A stretch of 64,000 bases of DNA from Rhizodiscina lignyota (taxonomy: Eukaryota): positions 372,001 to 436,000 of the forward strand of contig ML978130.1 of assembly GCA_010015805.1 (NCBI GenBank), given 5' to 3'. This document shows positions 61,198 through 64,000 of this stretch, piece after piece. Numbering within the stretch: position 1 is the first letter of the stretch; the number at the start of each line of letters is the position of its first letter. The notes under the pieces are model-generated. The model did not search any database. It was not told where the DNA came from and worked only from the letters and a program-made list of their open reading frames with translations. The position numbers and the translations under genes are program-made.

Positions 61198-63162
61198 ATG
61201 GTATCCACCAGATCCAGCAACGTTGACACGGAGCTTCCACCCGACGAAATCAGTGAAGAGATGACCCCATCCGAAGAAACAGACTTTGATGGATGTGGAG
61301 ATGAGATTCCTTCAATGGAAGGAGATGTCCGCCCCCTCGATCTTCAGCATCCAGATTGGGCGAACAGATCACTGGAAGTCAGTGCTATCATCAGGCAAAC
61401 CACACGATGGACAAGGGACATGGTTTTCGAAGACAACCAGCAAATGAGGAGATCACTGTGAGTTCGCTCTTCAACACCTACTGACTTGGAGCTACGGACC
61501 TAACAATCTCGACAGCCATACACTGGAATCGCTGCTACGCGAACAGATGAGGCGGTCACCGCCACCTTGGGATGCCAACGATGGCACGGCAGAAGATTCA
61601 TTCAGAGTGCCTCTGCAGTCCCGCGATGATATGCCGGAGAGCGACAGACCCTGGTACGATGTCCTTGCGGCTCTGCATCGGCGCATTCCGGTGATATATC
61701 CGATGGACGCTGGGACCTTGGATCTCATCAGGGAGCTTTATCCCTCGCCAGACGCTGCTATGCACCACCTGGGCATTGCACTATGCGCCGCGGGTGCTTG
61801 TATGAGGCCTGATCGGGGTGGAGCGACGGTAGGATGTTCGAAGTGTCATCGCTATTACCATCATGAGTGCCATAGCGAGGAAAACTGCAAGGGTGAGTCC
61901 GAATAGCCAGTGTAAACGATGCCTAACAATTCATTTCCGTAGCTACAGCTTCTCCTAAGCCTGCTAACAATACCCCACCACTATTCGGCTCTATCAAAGA
62001 AGACGCATCTAAATGGCACACCACCACACCCGAATCTGAGCGCTGCGCCGGCTGCCAGCTCTGGGACAGCAGTGACCCGAACGACCAGATCGTTACCTGC
62101 AAGGGCACCGGCTGCAGCACTACGACCGGCCACATGCCCACGCAGTACCACCAATCGTGCGTTGACCCACCAATCCATCCCCATGAGATCGAAAATTGGT
62201 GGTGCGAGCGCTACGGGTGCATCGCGCCCGAAGACACCACCGTCGCCGCAAGCGACCAGAAAGCAAAGCGGAAACCACGCACCCGCGAACGCAGCGACGC
62301 GCCGACGCGGCAATGGCCTGTGCGGCGGATGCCGCGCAACCTCGCGCTGAGGGACGACGAGCGCGGGAAGCCGGTGGTGCGCGCAGCAAATGGGTTTTGG
62401 GAGGAGTGGGCTCGGCGCGGGAGCACGACGAGAGGTGCGGCGGGTGAGGAGGATAAGGCAGTGGACCATTGTGAGACGAAAGTTGTGATTCCGTACGAGA
62501 GTTGGAGGGAGCATCGGCCGCAGCCAGTTGCGCATCCGTGGGATGTGTACTTTCAGAGTGCTGGGGCGGGTGATGGGTCAGCGGCCGCACCGCTCACCGC
62601 AGCCGCTGGGCGACGCACTGGTGCAGAGGACAAGTCCAAGACTGGCGGTGAGACCAAAGCTAGCGACAAACCCACGTCCGACAATGAGGAAGCGACGATC
62701 GATGGATCTAAGACTCGCGACAAGCCGAAGACCGACGGTAAAGCCAAGGCTGATGGAAAATCCAAGCTCGACGACAAATCCGAGACTGCCGATAGATCCA
62801 AGACTGGCAAATCCAAGACTGCCCACGACGCCAAATATGGCGACAAGCCGAAGACTGACGGCAAATCCATGTCGAACAAGAGGGCCAAGGCCGACAATGA
62901 GCAGAAGAGAACGGATAACAGCCGCAAAGCTGGGCCGGCAAAGAGTGCTGCTGAAGAAGATGAAGTGAGCGAAGGACCAGAGGAGACAGAAGAAGAAAGC
63001 CACAAGAAGAGAAGGGACAGCAAGAGAAAGAGAGGCGGCACTGGCAAGTCAGCATCTTCACACGCTGAAAATTTGAGCTCCTCTTCTGGCTCTGAGTCGA
63101 ACGACGATCAGCCGAAGCGGAAGAAGGGCAAGTCTGAGAAGAGACAGGAAAGCCGACGTTAA
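61198..63162 (+). CDS. PHD-finger protein with a Lys/Asp-rich tail
   Basis: Introns 61458-61515 and 61893-61942; CAGC..CKGTGC..HQSC..WWC...C PHD pattern; basic NLS-like tail. Confidence 0.7.
62629..62900 (+). repeat. Degenerate 18-bp coding repeat (D/G-K-S/P-K-T-D hexapeptide)
   Basis: DKSKTG, DKPKTDGKAKADGKSKLDDKSETADRSKT, DKPKTDGKS. Confidence 0.7.
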
Positions 63163-63607
63163 GGAAGGAAGGCGGCTCGAAGAAGCGGAGCTGATGAGCG
63201 TGAGTCCGATGATGAAGGGAAGGGAGCGAGGGAAGAGGATGAGATCGAGAGAGCGGTGGACTTCAGAAGGAGAGTTGAAATTGACAAATTGAGATACAGG
63301 TGACGATTCAGATTGGCATTTCGGTTATGTAATCGGCGTTTTTCATAGACAATCAATAGACTGGGATTTCATAACTCTACAATGCGCATATCCCCTTATC
63401 CTCAATCATAACACACTCGTAACCCATGAGTCAGTGGAAATGCCGCAACTGGTCACATTGTTCCCACTGATGGAATTCAGTAGCGCGCGATCAATCATCA
63501 AGGTCCAAGGCACTATTGAAGAACCTCATCGAGCTGTGCTTTCGAACAAATATTAAACAAATATCTTAATCTGATCTACGCTTGACAAATTCAACACAGC
63601 ATCATCA

Positions 63608-64000
63608 TCAGTTAGCTTTCTCAACTTTGAAGCCTTCCCAGGTTTCGAGCTTCTTCCGACACATAATCTCATATTGATCTATCCCGGCTGGGAACGTCAG
63701 CATCTGAGTCTTCTTTCCATAGATGTTGCCTCCATTCCACCACGAGTTCGTGTGCCTGACCAGCAACGGCTCGCACATTCTCTCAATCAGCGCCTTCCAC
63801 TCATCCTGTGCCCATTTCTCCGCTTCAACTGTCTTCGCGCCCTCAGCCTCAGCTCGCGAGATGACGTCGGCAACAAAGTCGACCTGGCATTCGAGAATGG
63901 TAGGTCCGTTGGAGAAGGCGGTTGGTGCTGTGGGGTTGATCAGTCAAAGCACTTCGGGATTTGCTTCATGGAGCTTCCGTGCATACCTTGCGGAGAGTAT
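63608..64000 (-). CDS. Baeyer-Villiger (cyclohexanone-type) monooxygenase, 3' end only
   Basis: YSPQ/APTAFSNGPTILECQ and NSWWNGGNI.GK; intron 63928-63986; runs off the right edge. Confidence 0.85.

Overview
Eukaryotic DNA from a filamentous ascomycete (Pezizomycotina-type): short GT-AG introns with CTRAC/CTAAY branch points, Zn2Cys6 factors and HET-domain genes. The species cannot be determined from the sequence. The left ~45 kb is accessory-type. It holds a candidate peroxisomal metabolic cluster (two acyl-CoA ligases and a DUF1989-polysaccharide deacetylase fusion, all three with PTS1 signals, plus a Zn alcohol dehydrogenase and a nearby MFS transporter). It also holds three HET-domain genes (one disrupted), a GrpB nucleotidyltransferase-fold gene, a fungal SLATT effector, secreted proteins (M35-like protease, GND-repeat protein, GMC oxidoreductase) and several decayed genes. 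The right ~18 kb is mostly housekeeping: QTRT2, thymidylate kinase with MCB boxes, SLX1, a DsbA-like protein, lanosterol synthase, a PHD protein and a partial Baeyer-Villiger monooxygenase. At the junction of the two parts, a non-coding degenerate tandem array of nine ~110-bp units (45621-46523) fills almost a whole intergenic space. All calls come from reading motifs by eye; no database searches were run.
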